From positions 96,001 to 160,000 of the forward strand of contig DXJV01000084.1 in assembly GCA_019056785.1 (NCBI GenBank): a DNA stretch of 64,000 nt, given 5' to 3'. The position numbers and the translations under genes were made by a program. The notes under the pieces were generated by a model. That model made no database searches. It was given only the letters and a program-made list of their open reading frames with translations, and had not been told where the DNA came from. Source of the stretch: Candidatus Heimdallarchaeota archaeon. GTDB taxonomy: Archaea > Asgardarchaeota > Heimdallarchaeia > JABLTI01. Below, in pieces: positions 19,336 through 29,761 of this stretch; within the stretch, counting starts at the first letter, position 1; each line of letters opens with the position of its first letter.

Positions 19336-20538
19336 CTAAACCCAGTCACCCGTCTCTATTTTTGTAGGAAGATATTCCTCTGTGAAGAATTTGATACCAC
19401 GACTGGCAAGTGCTTGAATCTCTGCTTTTTGTTTGGTATCAATCATAATTTTCAATTCTTTAACCCATTCTGGGCGTATCTTTACAAACCGTTCTTCTAA
19501 CATCATTTTTGCACGAGCAATATCACCCTTACTCATGTGCAACCGCACATTCGCTGGTAGATTATATTTATCGAGGTCCGAGGGACGTACACCCAACCAT
19601 TGAATATTGGGGGTTGCTAATTCATAGGACTCGTAAGACAAAGCTTTACTTCCCAAACCATAAACCCGCAGAATGTCCAACCCAAAAGGATCGCTGTCCA
19701 TAACCGCCAAGACAGGTAGTTGCAGCTCTTGATTCATACGTCTAAGGAAAATTCTAGTGGCAACATTTGGTTGCCCGCTTCCAGTGAGGATAATGCAAGG
19801 ATAGCGTTCATAAAACTTGTCTTCCGCCAACCGGAGGAAGGCAGCTTGTTTTTCTACTACAAGAATAAATTCAGCATCTGACTGTAAATCAGTGATGTGG
19901 TCTTGCATTGGGTTTACATTTTTCCCGCTCGAGCCCTGCTTTGTGCAGTCTATAAAATCACCATTATCCACGTATGTGAGCCGTCCAACAACCAACCCAC
20001 GATCGTTAGCAGTGATGTGCAAATTTTTCCGGTAAGTACCCAACATAACTGCACTGTCTTCAATTAAGGGGTCACTCCCCCGATTCTGATCTTCAAATAA
20101 CGCAACGTCAGTATAAAACACTTCACGCTTGCTGCCATGAATATTTTGCTCGAGTAACTCATGGATAATTTGGAGAACTCGTAATTGGGCTGTGAATTTT
20201 TTAACAGTACTAATGTCATCCCACTTTCTATCAAGAAAGTTCTCGCCTAAGAGCAAGAGATCTGTTTCTTCATCATAAATAACATTGCTTGCACTACGAG
20301 ACGGTACTTTTAGAATAGGAGCACCTGAATTGATGGTCTGAACAAAGACATTTCTAAAAATTTCTTCGATGCGTCGTATTCCCTCTTCTCTAGAGATATC
20401 TCTAATCTCATGAATGCCCTCAGGTAAATGCTCGAGCTTCCGTTTTCGAGTGTTTCTCACTTTCTCGCGCTCATGAAGAATATATTTTAATTTATCACGA
20501 GAGACTTCACGAGGGTGTTTCTTTTTACTGGTAGACAT
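19336..20538 (-). CDS. top6A: DNA topoisomerase VI subunit A
   Basis: SKREVFY catalytic Tyr; VVEK; DSDPFG TOPRIM; KAEIQAL. Confidence 0.95.
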   Translation of the reverse strand: MSTSKKKHPREVSRDKLKYILHEREKVRNTRKRKLEHLPEGIHEIRDISREEGIRRIEEIFRNVFVQTINSGAPILKVPSRSASNVIYDEETDLLLLGENFLDRKWDDISTVKKFTAQLRVLQIIHELLEQNIHGSKREVFYTDVALFEDQNRGSDPLIEDSAVMLGTYRKNLHITANDRGLVVGRLTYVDNGDFIDCTKQGSSGKNVNPMQDHITDLQSDAEFILVVEKQAAFLRLAEDKFYERYPCIILTGSGQPNVATRIFLRRMNQELQLPVLAVMDSDPFGLDILRVYGLGSKALSYESYELATPNIQWLGVRPSDLDKYNLPANVRLHMSKGDIARAKMMLEERFVKIRPEWVKELKIMIDTKQKAEIQALASRGIKFFTEEYLPTKIETGDWV

Positions 20539-20575
20539 TTTACATCACTCTTTCAATTTTTTTCCACATAATCAG

Positions 20576-23500
20576 TTATAAATTTTCCAGCTCAGCAGAA
20601 GTTTTGAACGCATGAATAATGTTTTTCCGAATAGTTTTCACAGTCTTTACGCCCAAACCCTTCACTGCAGAGGTTTTTGCTATTTTCGCATTTTGAAATT
20701 GTTTCACCGTAAATATACCAACAGCATTTAACTCCTTTTTAATGGCAGAAGTTATGTGTGGCAGAACTTCAACAGAGAGCATTTTCCGGATTTCAATGAT
20801 TTTCTGCTCATCTAATCCTTTTATATTAGCCAGTTTTCTGATATCTTTCTTGTAAATATCCCCAACTGTTTTCACGCCGATTTTAAGTAAACGCTCCTCA
20901 GTAATTTTCCCTAAACCAGGAACTTTGCTAATTCTTAAAGAGGGGGCAAGAAGTCCTTTTGGGGGAGTGGAAACACGTTTTTGCTCCGCGGCCGGTACTT
21001 TTGCCTTCTTTGTTCCTAAAAATTCAGCAATAGACTGGTCCCGTTTTGCAGCAGGTTTTTTAGCAGAAGTTTTTAGCGCGGCTTTCTTTTTAGCCGTCGG
21101 ATGTGGTCTTGTGGCAACGGCATTGGTGCGTGTTTTTGATTTTGTACTTTTCCGTTTGGGAACAACCCGTGAACCAGGAGTCATCAATAATTTTTCTTCT
21201 ATTGCAAGTTTTAGCTTGTTAATTGTGGGTGAACGCAAACCACGAACATTAATTAAACTATCATCATCAGCCTCGAGGAATTGTTTTACCGTAAAGATTC
21301 CCATCATATTAAGATCCCTTTTGCCTTCAAAATTAATGCGGGGCAGGACAATAACATCAGTATTTCCACGATTTGTGGCAATTGTTTTTGCACCCAAGCC
21401 TTTTATTTTTAACAAACGGCTATTTGCGGCCATGTAAAATTTAGCAACGGTATCAATATTCTTCGCGATTAATTTTTCAGCCATTGCTTTCCCTACACCC
21501 TCCATTTTATTAACAGGAGCATCAGCTTCCAAGAAGTTTGGAGGAGGGGCCGGCAATTGAACTTTCTTGGGGGCGACAATTATTTCTTCTTCGTCACTTT
21601 CTAGTTCTTCGGGTTTAGCGGGAGAACGCAATTCCTCAATATCCAAATCTAAGTTCTGACGAATGAGTGAAATTAAAGCATTCACTCGTTCTTCGGTAAG
21701 ACCATAAATTTGCACTAAAACTTTCTTATCGGCTTCTAAAAAGTCCAAAACACTATAGATCTTCTTGTTGTTTAATTCTTCAAAAGTTTTAGAACTAAGA
21801 TTGGGAAGGACATCAACATAGCACTTTGCCTTTAAATCAGTAATCATACTTTTACTCAAATTACTTGAAATTAAATCATTATTATCTGTGAGGAAGAAAT
21901 CCTTTACTGTACGAATCCCATGAGTGCGCATTGCTTTTGCTGTCGCAGGACCAATGCCCGGCAGAGCAGTCACGGGGTCAATACCATGATAAAGTTCCAA
22001 GCCTGAAAGAATGCCACGTTCTTTTGCAAATTCATCTAAAGCAACTGCACTTACCGACTCGACGAGTTCATCTTTTGCAATTTCAGGAAGCTCAAGAATG
22101 GCAGTTAAAATTTGTTGTGCTTGATCAATTGCTTCTTCTGACAAACCTAAAGAGATCAATTCTTGCAGCTGCTCTTCATCCAAAAGTATGAGATCTTGTA
22201 AGGTTTGGATGTCATAACGTTCGAGGTCTACTGACTCGATTGATTCGAGAGGCAAAGCTTCAATAGGAATGGGATTTTTTGGGAGGAAAATAGACCCCTC
22301 TCGTAATTTCAAACATTTATTAAATTGAGTTGAACTGAATAAGAATTGAAATTCATCTTCGTCCATTTTCCCAAGCATTTGCCCTACAATCGATGTCACA
22401 ACAGGAGCATATTTTTCAAAAATCCGCATGCGTCGCGCTTGCTGTTCTCGACGTTTCAAAGCATGCTGAAACTTCATCAATTTTCGGCCGGCTTTTTGTA
22501 AACACAAACGAAGTTCCTTACGGATTTCATCTACTTCTGCGATATATTCTTTACTCGTTTCTGGGAAGGGGATTTTAGTGCTAACAAGCGAGACCGCAAA
22601 AATCAGTGGGTCATTATTAAGGTTGGTTTTATAGTTGCTCCAATTAATGCTTTCAATCGTTTTTTTGATGAGATCATTACCCTCACCAAAGAGCAAGGGG
22701 ATTCTGTTCGCAAAACGGACAAGTTTGTAAGGAGGCGAAAGATTTTCCCCACCATAGCCAATTGCCACTTCCACTTGGAAAGCATGACCGCTATAACTTG
22801 AGGGGGGGCGACTTTCAGAACAGGTAAACTCTGGCTTATATACGTCTCGAAGACCAGCCTCAAGATTTTCATGACCTAGAGGAGACAAGCATTTACCGTC
22901 CGGCGGGTAAAATTTAACCTTCGTAAAACCCTCATGGATCAACCGGCGAAGCTCCATTTCATCCAATTTAATAGGATTTTTTGAGGGGGAGATTTTTGAT
23001 ATTCTTAAAACTTCTAAAGCCGTTTTATCACCAATGCGTTGAAAATGGGTTTTTAAGAACTCCTTCATGGTTTTTGCTTTTGTTCGAGAGATCTCGCTTT
23101 TTAATTGATTGATATCTGTACCAATGGGGTGAAGTGGCATTTCAATCGGAGGTGGGGGGATAACCTCTACAGTTCGATTGTGGATTATAGGGGTTTCAGG
23201 ATCATCAGGAGTATAAATTGTAAAAGAGGCGTAGGGAGTAATTACGGCCATTTCCTCAAAATATTCATAGATATATCGTTTGGAACGGCTCCAGGTGCCG
23301 GCAAAGCAAACTGAGACTTCTGTACCATGAGTCTTCAATTGATGTTTTGACTTACCGGTATAGCGTTTTTCTTCTACAATTTCAGGAGCATTTTTTACAA
23401 TATCAATGAATAACTTATAGTGGCTTGTATAATCATTTACTTTTTTCTTTGAAAGCGCCAATCGAGACTTTATTTCAAAGGGAACACGAATGGTAGATTG

Positions 23501-23932
23501 AGAATAAATGAGAACCATCTTCGCCCCTAAACCAAAGCGACCGCGTGACTGTCGCTCACCATAATTTGAACCGGTTAAAACACGACCAAACAACTTTGGA
23601 ATGTCAGAGTGGCGAATTCCAATGCCATTATCACGAACCGTTAAACGAATAAATTCGCTCGAAGCATCTTCAGCAATTTGATAATCAGCAATCCCCATTA
23701 ACTCACCAATCTCTTCAGCGGACATTAATTCAATTTTAACCTCAATGTCAGGTAAAAATCCGCCTTTCTCAGCAGCATCTAAAGCATTTTCTACAAGCTC
23801 TCTTACACTGGTATAGGTTGATCTCGTTGGGTTATCAAAACCCGCAATTGCTTTGTTAGCCTCAAAAAACTCTGCTGCTGAACGTTCAATAATTTTCTCA
23901 CGCGCTATCATTTTTTCTAACCTGCTAGCCAC
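20576..23932 (-). CDS. top6B: DNA topoisomerase VI subunit B with long C-terminal HhH-repeat extension
   Basis: ELVENALDA, DNGIG, QSRGRFGLGA, RFANRIPLL; followed by ~7 (HhH)2-like units. Confidence 0.93.
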   Translation of the reverse strand: MASRLEKMIAREKIIERSAAEFFEANKAIAGFDNPTRSTYTSVRELVENALDAAEKGGFLPDIEVKIELMSAEEIGELMGIADYQIAEDASSEFIRLTVRDNGIGIRHSDIPKLFGRVLTGSNYGERQSRGRFGLGAKMVLIYSQSTIRVPFEIKSRLALSKKKVNDYTSHYKLFIDIVKNAPEIVEEKRYTGKSKHQLKTHGTEVSVCFAGTWSRSKRYIYEYFEEMAVITPYASFTIYTPDDPETPIIHNRTVEVIPPPPIEMPLHPIGTDINQLKSEISRTKAKTMKEFLKTHFQRIGDKTALEVLRISKISPSKNPIKLDEMELRRLIHEGFTKVKFYPPDGKCLSPLGHENLEAGLRDVYKPEFTCSESRPPSSYSGHAFQVEVAIGYGGENLSPPYKLVRFANRIPLLFGEGNDLIKKTIESINWSNYKTNLNNDPLIFAVSLVSTKIPFPETSKEYIAEVDEIRKELRLCLQKAGRKLMKFQHALKRREQQARRMRIFEKYAPVVTSIVGQMLGKMDEDEFQFLFSSTQFNKCLKLREGSIFLPKNPIPIEALPLESIESVDLERYDIQTLQDLILLDEEQLQELISLGLSEEAIDQAQQILTAILELPEIAKDELVESVSAVALDEFAKERGILSGLELYHGIDPVTALPGIGPATAKAMRTHGIRTVKDFFLTDNNDLISSNLSKSMITDLKAKCYVDVLPNLSSKTFEELNNKKIYSVLDFLEADKKVLVQIYGLTEERVNALISLIRQNLDLDIEELRSPAKPEELESDEEEIIVAPKKVQLPAPPPNFLEADAPVNKMEGVGKAMAEKLIAKNIDTVAKFYMAANSRLLKIKGLGAKTIATNRGNTDVIVLPRINFEGKRDLNMMGIFTVKQFLEADDDSLINVRGLRSPTINKLKLAIEEKLLMTPGSRVVPKRKSTKSKTRTNAVATRPHPTAKKKAALKTSAKKPAAKRDQSIAEFLGTKKAKVPAAEQKRVSTPPKGLLAPSLRISKVPGLGKITEERLLKIGVKTVGDIYKKDIRKLANIKGLDEQKIIEIRKMLSVEVLPHITSAIKKELNAVGIFTVKQFQNAKIAKTSAVKGLGVKTVKTIRKNIIHAFKTSAELENL

Positions 23933-24214
23933 CTAATGAAATCAAGAGGAGAATCGTTCATGATATTCCTCTTCACTACATCCTCACTTTTTTCATTCAC
24001 CTGCAATCCTGAATGTTCTTTCTGAGAAGACTTGAGGGATTCAAGGAACTAATATAGTTATAGTTGCTATTTTCTCCTTAAATTTTTTAAGTTCTGTTAT
24101 CCATTTTACAACGCTTCTTTAATACTTTATCCTACAAGCAAATTTAAAGTTGTGTCATATGGCATTGTTTTTTTGCCCCCAAAGGGGGATAAAAAGACTG
24201 AAAAAAAGATGAAA

Positions 24215-25531
24215 TCAAGGCCGTAGAATGTCAACGGTTCGGGGGAACATAATTGCTTGTTTAATGGTATCTAATTCACAAATCCACCAGACAAGCCGCT
24301 CAATTCCCAGGCCAAAACCTGCATGAGGAGGCATCCCGTATTTAAAGAGATTTAAATACCATTCATAGCTTTTCAAACTAAAACCTTGGGCCTTTACAAC
24401 CTCAACCATTTTATCATATTCATGCACACGTTGACCGCCAGTGCATAACTCTACAAAGCCTTTCGGAGCCAAGAGGTCAAAACTATTAGAAATAGTAGGG
24501 TCATCATCATTCACCCGATAGTAGATACCTCTTGTGGAGACAGGCCAATCGGTGATGAAGAAGGGGGTTTTAAAATGGTGGGACAAGGCAGTTTCTTCTG
24601 GAGAAGTAAAGTCAGAGTTGAAATCCACAGGGTCTGGCAGGTCGAAAGTAGTGCACAATTCTTTGGCTTCTTTAAAGGCGATTCTCGGAAATTTCCCAGT
24701 TAACTTTTTAGGGTGAGCATCTAACTGTTCGAGGAGATCTTTAGCTTTCTTAATAGTCTGATTCACAACGAAAGTCGTGAGATCCTCAAGAACCTGCATG
24801 ATTGTAATGTGATCATTAAACGCAGCCTCACATTCAATTTGCCAGAATTCTGCCACGTGTTTTCTTGTTCGTGATTTCTCCATGCGGAAGGAAGGCAAAA
24901 TACCGAACACTTTCTCATGAGCAGTTATTGCTGCTTGTTTGTAAAATTGAGCACTTTGAGCAAGAAAAGCATCTTGGTCAAAGAATTTAATGGGAAACAT
25001 AGTTGCGCCCCCTTCTGTAGCAGTTGCAACAATGGAAGGGGTGAAAATCTCAGTAAAACCTCTTTTTGTGAAAAATTCTCGCGTTGCTTGAGCAACAATG
25101 CCTTTAACTTCGAAAGGCAGCTTAACTTTTGGCATTCTTATTGTTAATTCGCGAAAAGCATAAACGGTCCCTTCATCCATAGGCGTTTTACCGGAAATAT
25201 CAACGGGTACGGGTGCATGGATAGGATTAAGAACTTCAACTTTTGTGGGGAGAATTTCTTTCCCCCCCGGAGCTTGGGGATTTATTTTAAGCTCACCTAC
25301 AATCCAAACAACTGTTTCATTTTTCAAAGAAATCATAGTATTCCAAAGAGATTCAGCAACTTTGGTTTTAATGGCCGTTACTTGAATCTTTCCTGTTGAA
25401 TCCCGAACCGTTAGAAAACAAATTTTCCCTTTGTGGACCAGATGTTCAGCCCAACCGCCAATTGTTACTTGCATGCTTTCCTTAGACTGCAGAAGAGTCT
25501 TTATTGCCATTTTTTTCGAGTAATCTACCAT
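24215..25531 (-). CDS. class IIb aminoacyl-tRNA synthetase (Asp/Asn-tRNA ligase)
   Basis: OB-fold VRDSTG; EGGA; [10 protein letters not shown]; FRME..RTRKH.EF; [13 protein letters not shown]. Confidence 0.88.
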   Translation of the reverse strand: MVDYSKKMAIKTLLQSKESMQVTIGGWAEHLVHKGKICFLTVRDSTGKIQVTAIKTKVAESLWNTMISLKNETVVWIVGELKINPQAPGGKEILPTKVEVLNPIHAPVPVDISGKTPMDEGTVYAFRELTIRMPKVKLPFEVKGIVAQATREFFTKRGFTEIFTPSIVATATEGGATMFPIKFFDQDAFLAQSAQFYKQAAITAHEKVFGILPSFRMEKSRTRKHVAEFWQIECEAAFNDHITIMQVLEDLTTFVVNQTIKKAKDLLEQLDAHPKKLTGKFPRIAFKEAKELCTTFDLPDPVDFNSDFTSPEETALSHHFKTPFFITDWPVSTRGIYYRVNDDDPTISNSFDLLAPKGFVELCTGGQRVHEYDKMVEVVKAQGFSLKSYEWYLNLFKYGMPPHAGFGLGIERLVWWICELDTIKQAIMFPRTVDILRP

Positions 25532-25677
25532 TTTTTTTCAGCCTTTTTTGAATTGTTAATAATTCAAGAATCCTAATTTTAAAGAGTTTTTTGTCAACAT
25601 CTAAATGTATATTCTGGTTTGTTTGAAAACTAATTCCAATTGTTTGAAAAAGTAAAAGACGAGGGCGACTAGAATGC

Positions 25678-26082
25678 TCAATGCAATTTTATTTTGCGAA
25701 GAGCTTCCGCAGCCCAGGAACGAACACGGACATCTTCATCATTTAAAGCAACATTTGTTAGTTCCTCTACTACAACAGGTGAGCCAATATTTCCCAGTGC
25801 GACAACAGCTTCTAGACGAACACTTGGTATAGGGTCCTTTTTTACTGTCTCAATAAGTGCTTTCACAGCTTCTTGACCATTTACTTGCATTTCACCTAAT
25901 GCAGCCGCAGCATGAGAACGAACTAAAAAATCTTTATCCTCATATAAGATCTTTGTTAATTCGTCTACAGCTTCCATTACTTTAAGCTCGCTTAATTGAA
26001 CAATAGCTTTTGAACGCACCTCGCCATCGCGGTTCTTTAATTTTCTCAGTATTTGATCAAGCTGTTCTTTATCAATTGACAA
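25678..26082 (-). CDS. HEAT-repeat (PBS lyase-like) protein
   Basis: Four repeats of VR..A..AL..(I/M) type. Confidence 0.85.
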   Translation of the reverse strand: MSIDKEQLDQILRKLKNRDGEVRSKAIVQLSELKVMEAVDELTKILYEDKDFLVRSHAAAALGEMQVNGQEAVKALIETVKKDPIPSVRLEAVVALGNIGSPVVVEELTNVALNDEDVRVRSWAAEALRKIKLH

Positions 26083-26232
26083 AAAAATCCCAGCGATATA
26101 GATAGGTAAGTAATAATAATTAATCTTTCGAAAACAAAAAGGTTATTCTCCTATTTATAAACAAAAAGACTTTTGTAGAATTGTTGGAAAAGATAAAAAA
26201 AGACAAAAAGGCGACTACCTATTTGAAAGTAA

Positions 26233-26748
26233 GTGATACAAATGAAAATTTTCACAATTATTGGCTATACAGACTCAGGCAAAACAAGCACGCTCATTAA
26301 AATGATAGAAGAACTTGTGAAAAGAGGATTTGTGGTTAATACAGTAAAGAAGGTTCATATTGAAAATTTTACTGTAGAAACAGAAGGAAAAGATTCATGG
26401 TTACACCGCCAAGCAGGAGCAACAATAACAGTCACACGCTCTAATTGTGAAACGGCTATAATGTTTCAACGGCCTCTAGCATTAAAAGAGTTAATTCCAT
26501 TCTTCTCTTGCGATTATCTTATTCTCGAAGGATTTACAAAGGAACCACAAGTCCCCAAGATTCTTTGTGCGAAAAGTGACGATGAAATTGACGATCGATT
26601 TGATAAGTCTGTTTTTGCTATCTCCGGGGTTATAAGTAATAAGTTAAGTCATTTCAAAGGAGTAGAGGTTATTAACGGACTCAAAGAAACAAAAAGATTA
26701 GTTGACCTTGCAATGGAAAAAGCGATAGATGGCAAAGAGTTACTTTAA
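26233..26748 (+). CDS. mobB: molybdopterin-guanine dinucleotide biosynthesis protein B
   Basis: GYTDSGKT, EGKDS..HRQAGA, DYLILEGF. Confidence 0.88.
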   Translation: MIQMKIFTIIGYTDSGKTSTLIKMIEELVKRGFVVNTVKKVHIENFTVETEGKDSWLHRQAGATITVTRSNCETAIMFQRPLALKELIPFFSCDYLILEGFTKEPQVPKILCAKSDDEIDDRFDKSVFAISGVISNKLSHFKGVEVINGLKETKRLVDLAMEKAIDGKELL

Positions 26749-27570
26749 TGCACACTCTAAGAGAAAGGCAATAATTTCCTCTTTTTCAATGGCGTCTTTT
26801 TGCAACCCTTTTTTGCGGAGAAAGGTAATAAAAGACAGATAATCAGTTGGTTCTAAACCAATCTTTAAAAGATGAGTCAGATCTGCGAAAAATTCTTTCA
26901 AGGGAAGATCATAGGCTATCTGACCATTTTGAAGTGCGACGATCTTGGTGCAAGCTGTTAGTAAAAGGTCCAGAGAATGTGTTATCAGGATTATTAGTTT
27001 ATCTTGTTGCTTTAGTTTTTGTATATACTGAAGAATCATCAGCTTTTGGGACATGTCAATCCCTGAAAATGGTTCGTCCAAAATAATTGCTTTAGGATCT
27101 TGGATAAGAACAGTTGCAAGAGCGACTTTTTGTTTTTCACCACGGCTGAGGGTTCGAGGGTTGGTCAAACGATAGTTTGTTAGATCGAAAAAAGCAAGTG
27201 TTTCGTCTATTCGTTCCTTAACCTCTTGTTTACTAAGTTTGAAGTGCTGTAAGCTTAATGCCAGTTCTTTTTCGACAGAATTAGTAAATAACATAAAATT
27301 AGGGTTTTGAAACACAAACCCCACCTGCGTGGCAATTTCTGCTATGGACTTTCTGGTAATGGTTTCATTATTAATTAAAATGCGACCTCTTTGTGGTCGG
27401 AGCATTCCAGCAATTAATTTGACCAGTGTAGTCTTTCCGGAACCATTCCTTCCGATAATTGCCACTTGTTCTCCCAGAGAAAAGGCAACAGAAAGACCAT
27501 CAAAAAGTGTTTCGTTGCGTCTATAGGAAAATACAACTCTATCAACTGTAATGTAATTCATGGTAACCAC
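26740..27570 (-). CDS. ECF transporter ATPase (A' component)
   Basis: GRNGSGKT, VGFVFQNP, LSRGEKQ, LDEP, ITH. Confidence 0.88.
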   Translation of the reverse strand: MVTMNYITVDRVVFSYRRNETLFDGLSVAFSLGEQVAIIGRNGSGKTTLVKLIAGMLRPQRGRILINNETITRKSIAEIATQVGFVFQNPNFMLFTNSVEKELALSLQHFKLSKQEVKERIDETLAFFDLTNYRLTNPRTLSRGEKQKVALATVLIQDPKAIILDEPFSGIDMSQKLMILQYIQKLKQQDKLIILITHSLDLLLTACTKIVALQNGQIAYDLPLKEFFADLTHLLKIGLEPTDYLSFITFLRKKGLQKDAIEKEEIIAFLLECALK

Positions 27571-28394
27571 TTCTGTACGATTTTTCGAGCTGACTCTAAG
27601 GAGAGTGGGAGGGGGTCATCGAGCAGTTTTTTTTCTTGGAAAATGTCAAAAAGGTCTGGAAAGATGGGTGGGATAAGACCATTCTTAATTAAAAGACGGT
27701 TATTTGTAAGGACACTGTCAGTTGCTCCGTCTATAATTATAGAACCATTATTAATTAGAATCACCCGGTCAACTATCTTTGCTAAGAAGTCTAAATCATG
27801 ATCAATTATAATCAAAGTCCTTTGTTGTTTTTTCAGAGCAGTTAGAATTTTGACAAGATCATTCTTACTTGTGGAATCAACCATACTTGAACTTTCATCT
27901 AAAACAAGAATAGAGGGATCCATTGCTAAAATTGATGCTAAAACAACCTTTTGTTTCTCGCCTTCACTTAAATCTGCAGTTGCCCGATAGCGCAAATGCT
28001 CGAGCCCTAACTCGGCGATTATTTCATTCAAACGTTTATCCATTTTATCAACAGGAACGGCAAAATTCTCCATGCCGAAAGTTATTTCAGACTCAACAAA
28101 GGGAGAAGCAATTTGCAAGCTGGGTTCTTGAAGCATATAACCAACAATTTGGCTCATGCTTTCAATCGTCTCTTTCATAACATTTCGTTCTGAGACAAGG
28201 ACTTCCCCTTGGAATTTGCCCGAAAAATGATGGGGGATTAAGCCATTAAATAAATAACAAAGAGTACTCTTCCCTGAACCAGTGGGGCCGATAATCCCTA
28301 CACTCTCACCGCGAGCAATCTCAAGTGAAAGATTTTGCAAAACACGCCTATTAGAACCGGCATAAGTGAAGGAAACATTTCGAAGTTCAATCAT
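27558..28394 (-). CDS. ECF transporter ATPase (A component)
   Basis: GPTGSGKST, NGLIPH, LSEGEKQ, LDES, IDH. Confidence 0.88.
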   Translation of the reverse strand: MIELRNVSFTYAGSNRRVLQNLSLEIARGESVGIIGPTGSGKSTLCYLFNGLIPHHFSGKFQGEVLVSERNVMKETIESMSQIVGYMLQEPSLQIASPFVESEITFGMENFAVPVDKMDKRLNEIIAELGLEHLRYRATADLSEGEKQKVVLASILAMDPSILVLDESSSMVDSTSKNDLVKILTALKKQQRTLIIIDHDLDFLAKIVDRVILINNGSIIIDGATDSVLTNNRLLIKNGLIPPIFPDLFDIFQEKKLLDDPLPLSLESARKIVQKWLP

Positions 28395-28452
28395 TCTATA
28401 CCCCTTACAGATAAAAGAATAAAAAAGAAGAGGATAGGTTTGATTTTCTTCC

Positions 28453-29634
28453 TTATGCCTTTGCTTTTAATTGAACACAAATTTTCTCGGCTAGAACAGT
28501 ATATACTTTAAAAGCGGTGACAAGCTGGCTGATGGGCACATGTTCATTAACGGTATTTGCAAATTTCTCATTTCCGGGGCCGAAACCAACAATGGGCGTA
28601 TCCACTTTGAAGATTTCTGAAATATTTACTGCCCCTTTCCAAAAACCAATTTGCGTGCTTTTCTTGGTTACGAGTTCGAAAGCTTTAGAGAGATGCTGAA
28701 TTATCTCGGAATCGTCTGGTGCTTTAAAGGGGCGGAAATGTCGTCTCAGATTTATTAAAAAGTCAACCCCTTCTTTAAAGTTGTTTTTCGACAAAGTAGT
28801 TTTAATAGCCGATTTTATTTGTTCAGGGTCTTCGTTTTCAAAGTATTGTCGAACTAATAGCGAATGGCAAAGGTCTGGTATTGAGTGAGTAGCGTCAACC
28901 GGATTGGAAATGATAGAGCTAAAGAACATTTGAGCTTGACCATAGAGCTTGTCCTTTGGCAAATTAATATTTTCATTCAAACAACTAATGATACGATTCA
29001 TTTTCAAGATGGCATTCTCACTTACCTCCTGATAGCCAATGTTGCCCATCTTGCCCTTCGCCAAAACTTCAAAGATTGCCTGTCCAGGGTGAGAGACATT
29101 GATATTGAGGTTGGTGGGGGCGCCAACCACTATATAATCAGGAGCCAACTCAAATTTGTCGATGAGCTTTTTAATGCCCAAATTTTTGCCGCTTTTGGTA
29201 TTCGCCAAACCAACAACAATAAAGTCTCCTTTCAATCTCGAACGTGTTCGTTTAAAAGCACTTGCCACACAAATCATCGCCGCTAACGAACTTTTCATAT
29301 CAACAGCACCACGACCCGTGATGACTTTCCCCTTTGTACCAAGTTTTGAGCCATCGATTTCTTTGGGGTTAAAAGCATCTTCCATTGTTCCTGGCGGAAC
29401 AGTATCTATATAACTAGCTAAAAGCAAGGTTTTTCCTGTTCCCTGACCCGGCATTTTGCCAACAATATTATTATTCTCATCATACTTTACTTCGGTGAAA
29501 CCTGCTTTTGTCATCTCAATTGCTAAGAGGGTTCTTAGTTTGTTCTCATTCCCACTAACACTCGGCGTCTTGATCAAGCGTTTGGTCAAATCAATAACAA
29601 GCTGCTCATCAACAAATTCCAATGCTTTTGACAT
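28453..29634 (-). CDS. M20/ArgE/DapE-family protein with degenerate metal ligands
   Basis: LIKTPSVSGNE, YIDTVPPG, GRGAVDMKS, GFGPG; start moved to MSKALEF to avoid overlap with the AlaX gene. Confidence 0.8.
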   Translation of the reverse strand: MSKALEFVDEQLVIDLTKRLIKTPSVSGNENKLRTLLAIEMTKAGFTEVKYDENNNIVGKMPGQGTGKTLLLASYIDTVPPGTMEDAFNPKEIDGSKLGTKGKVITGRGAVDMKSSLAAMICVASAFKRTRSRLKGDFIVVGLANTKSGKNLGIKKLIDKFELAPDYIVVGAPTNLNINVSHPGQAIFEVLAKGKMGNIGYQEVSENAILKMNRIISCLNENINLPKDKLYGQAQMFFSSIISNPVDATHSIPDLCHSLLVRQYFENEDPEQIKSAIKTTLSKNNFKEGVDFLINLRRHFRPFKAPDDSEIIQHLSKAFELVTKKSTQIGFWKGAVNISEIFKVDTPIVGFGPGNEKFANTVNEHVPISQLVTAFKVYTVLAEKICVQLKAKA

Positions 29635-29761
29635 CGCATAATTTCTCCATGTTTTTTGGTGAACTAAAAATACCCACTCGAAGGTAGTTACAGTTAAAAT
29701 AATTGCTTTTATTATATATATTCTTTTGAGGAATAAATTTTTCCCAATAGGGGAAGGGGGC

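Noticed and set aside
24168-24196. ccccc-aaa-ggggg mini hairpin
   Set aside because: Only a 5-bp stem; at most a simple terminator of the synthetase gene.
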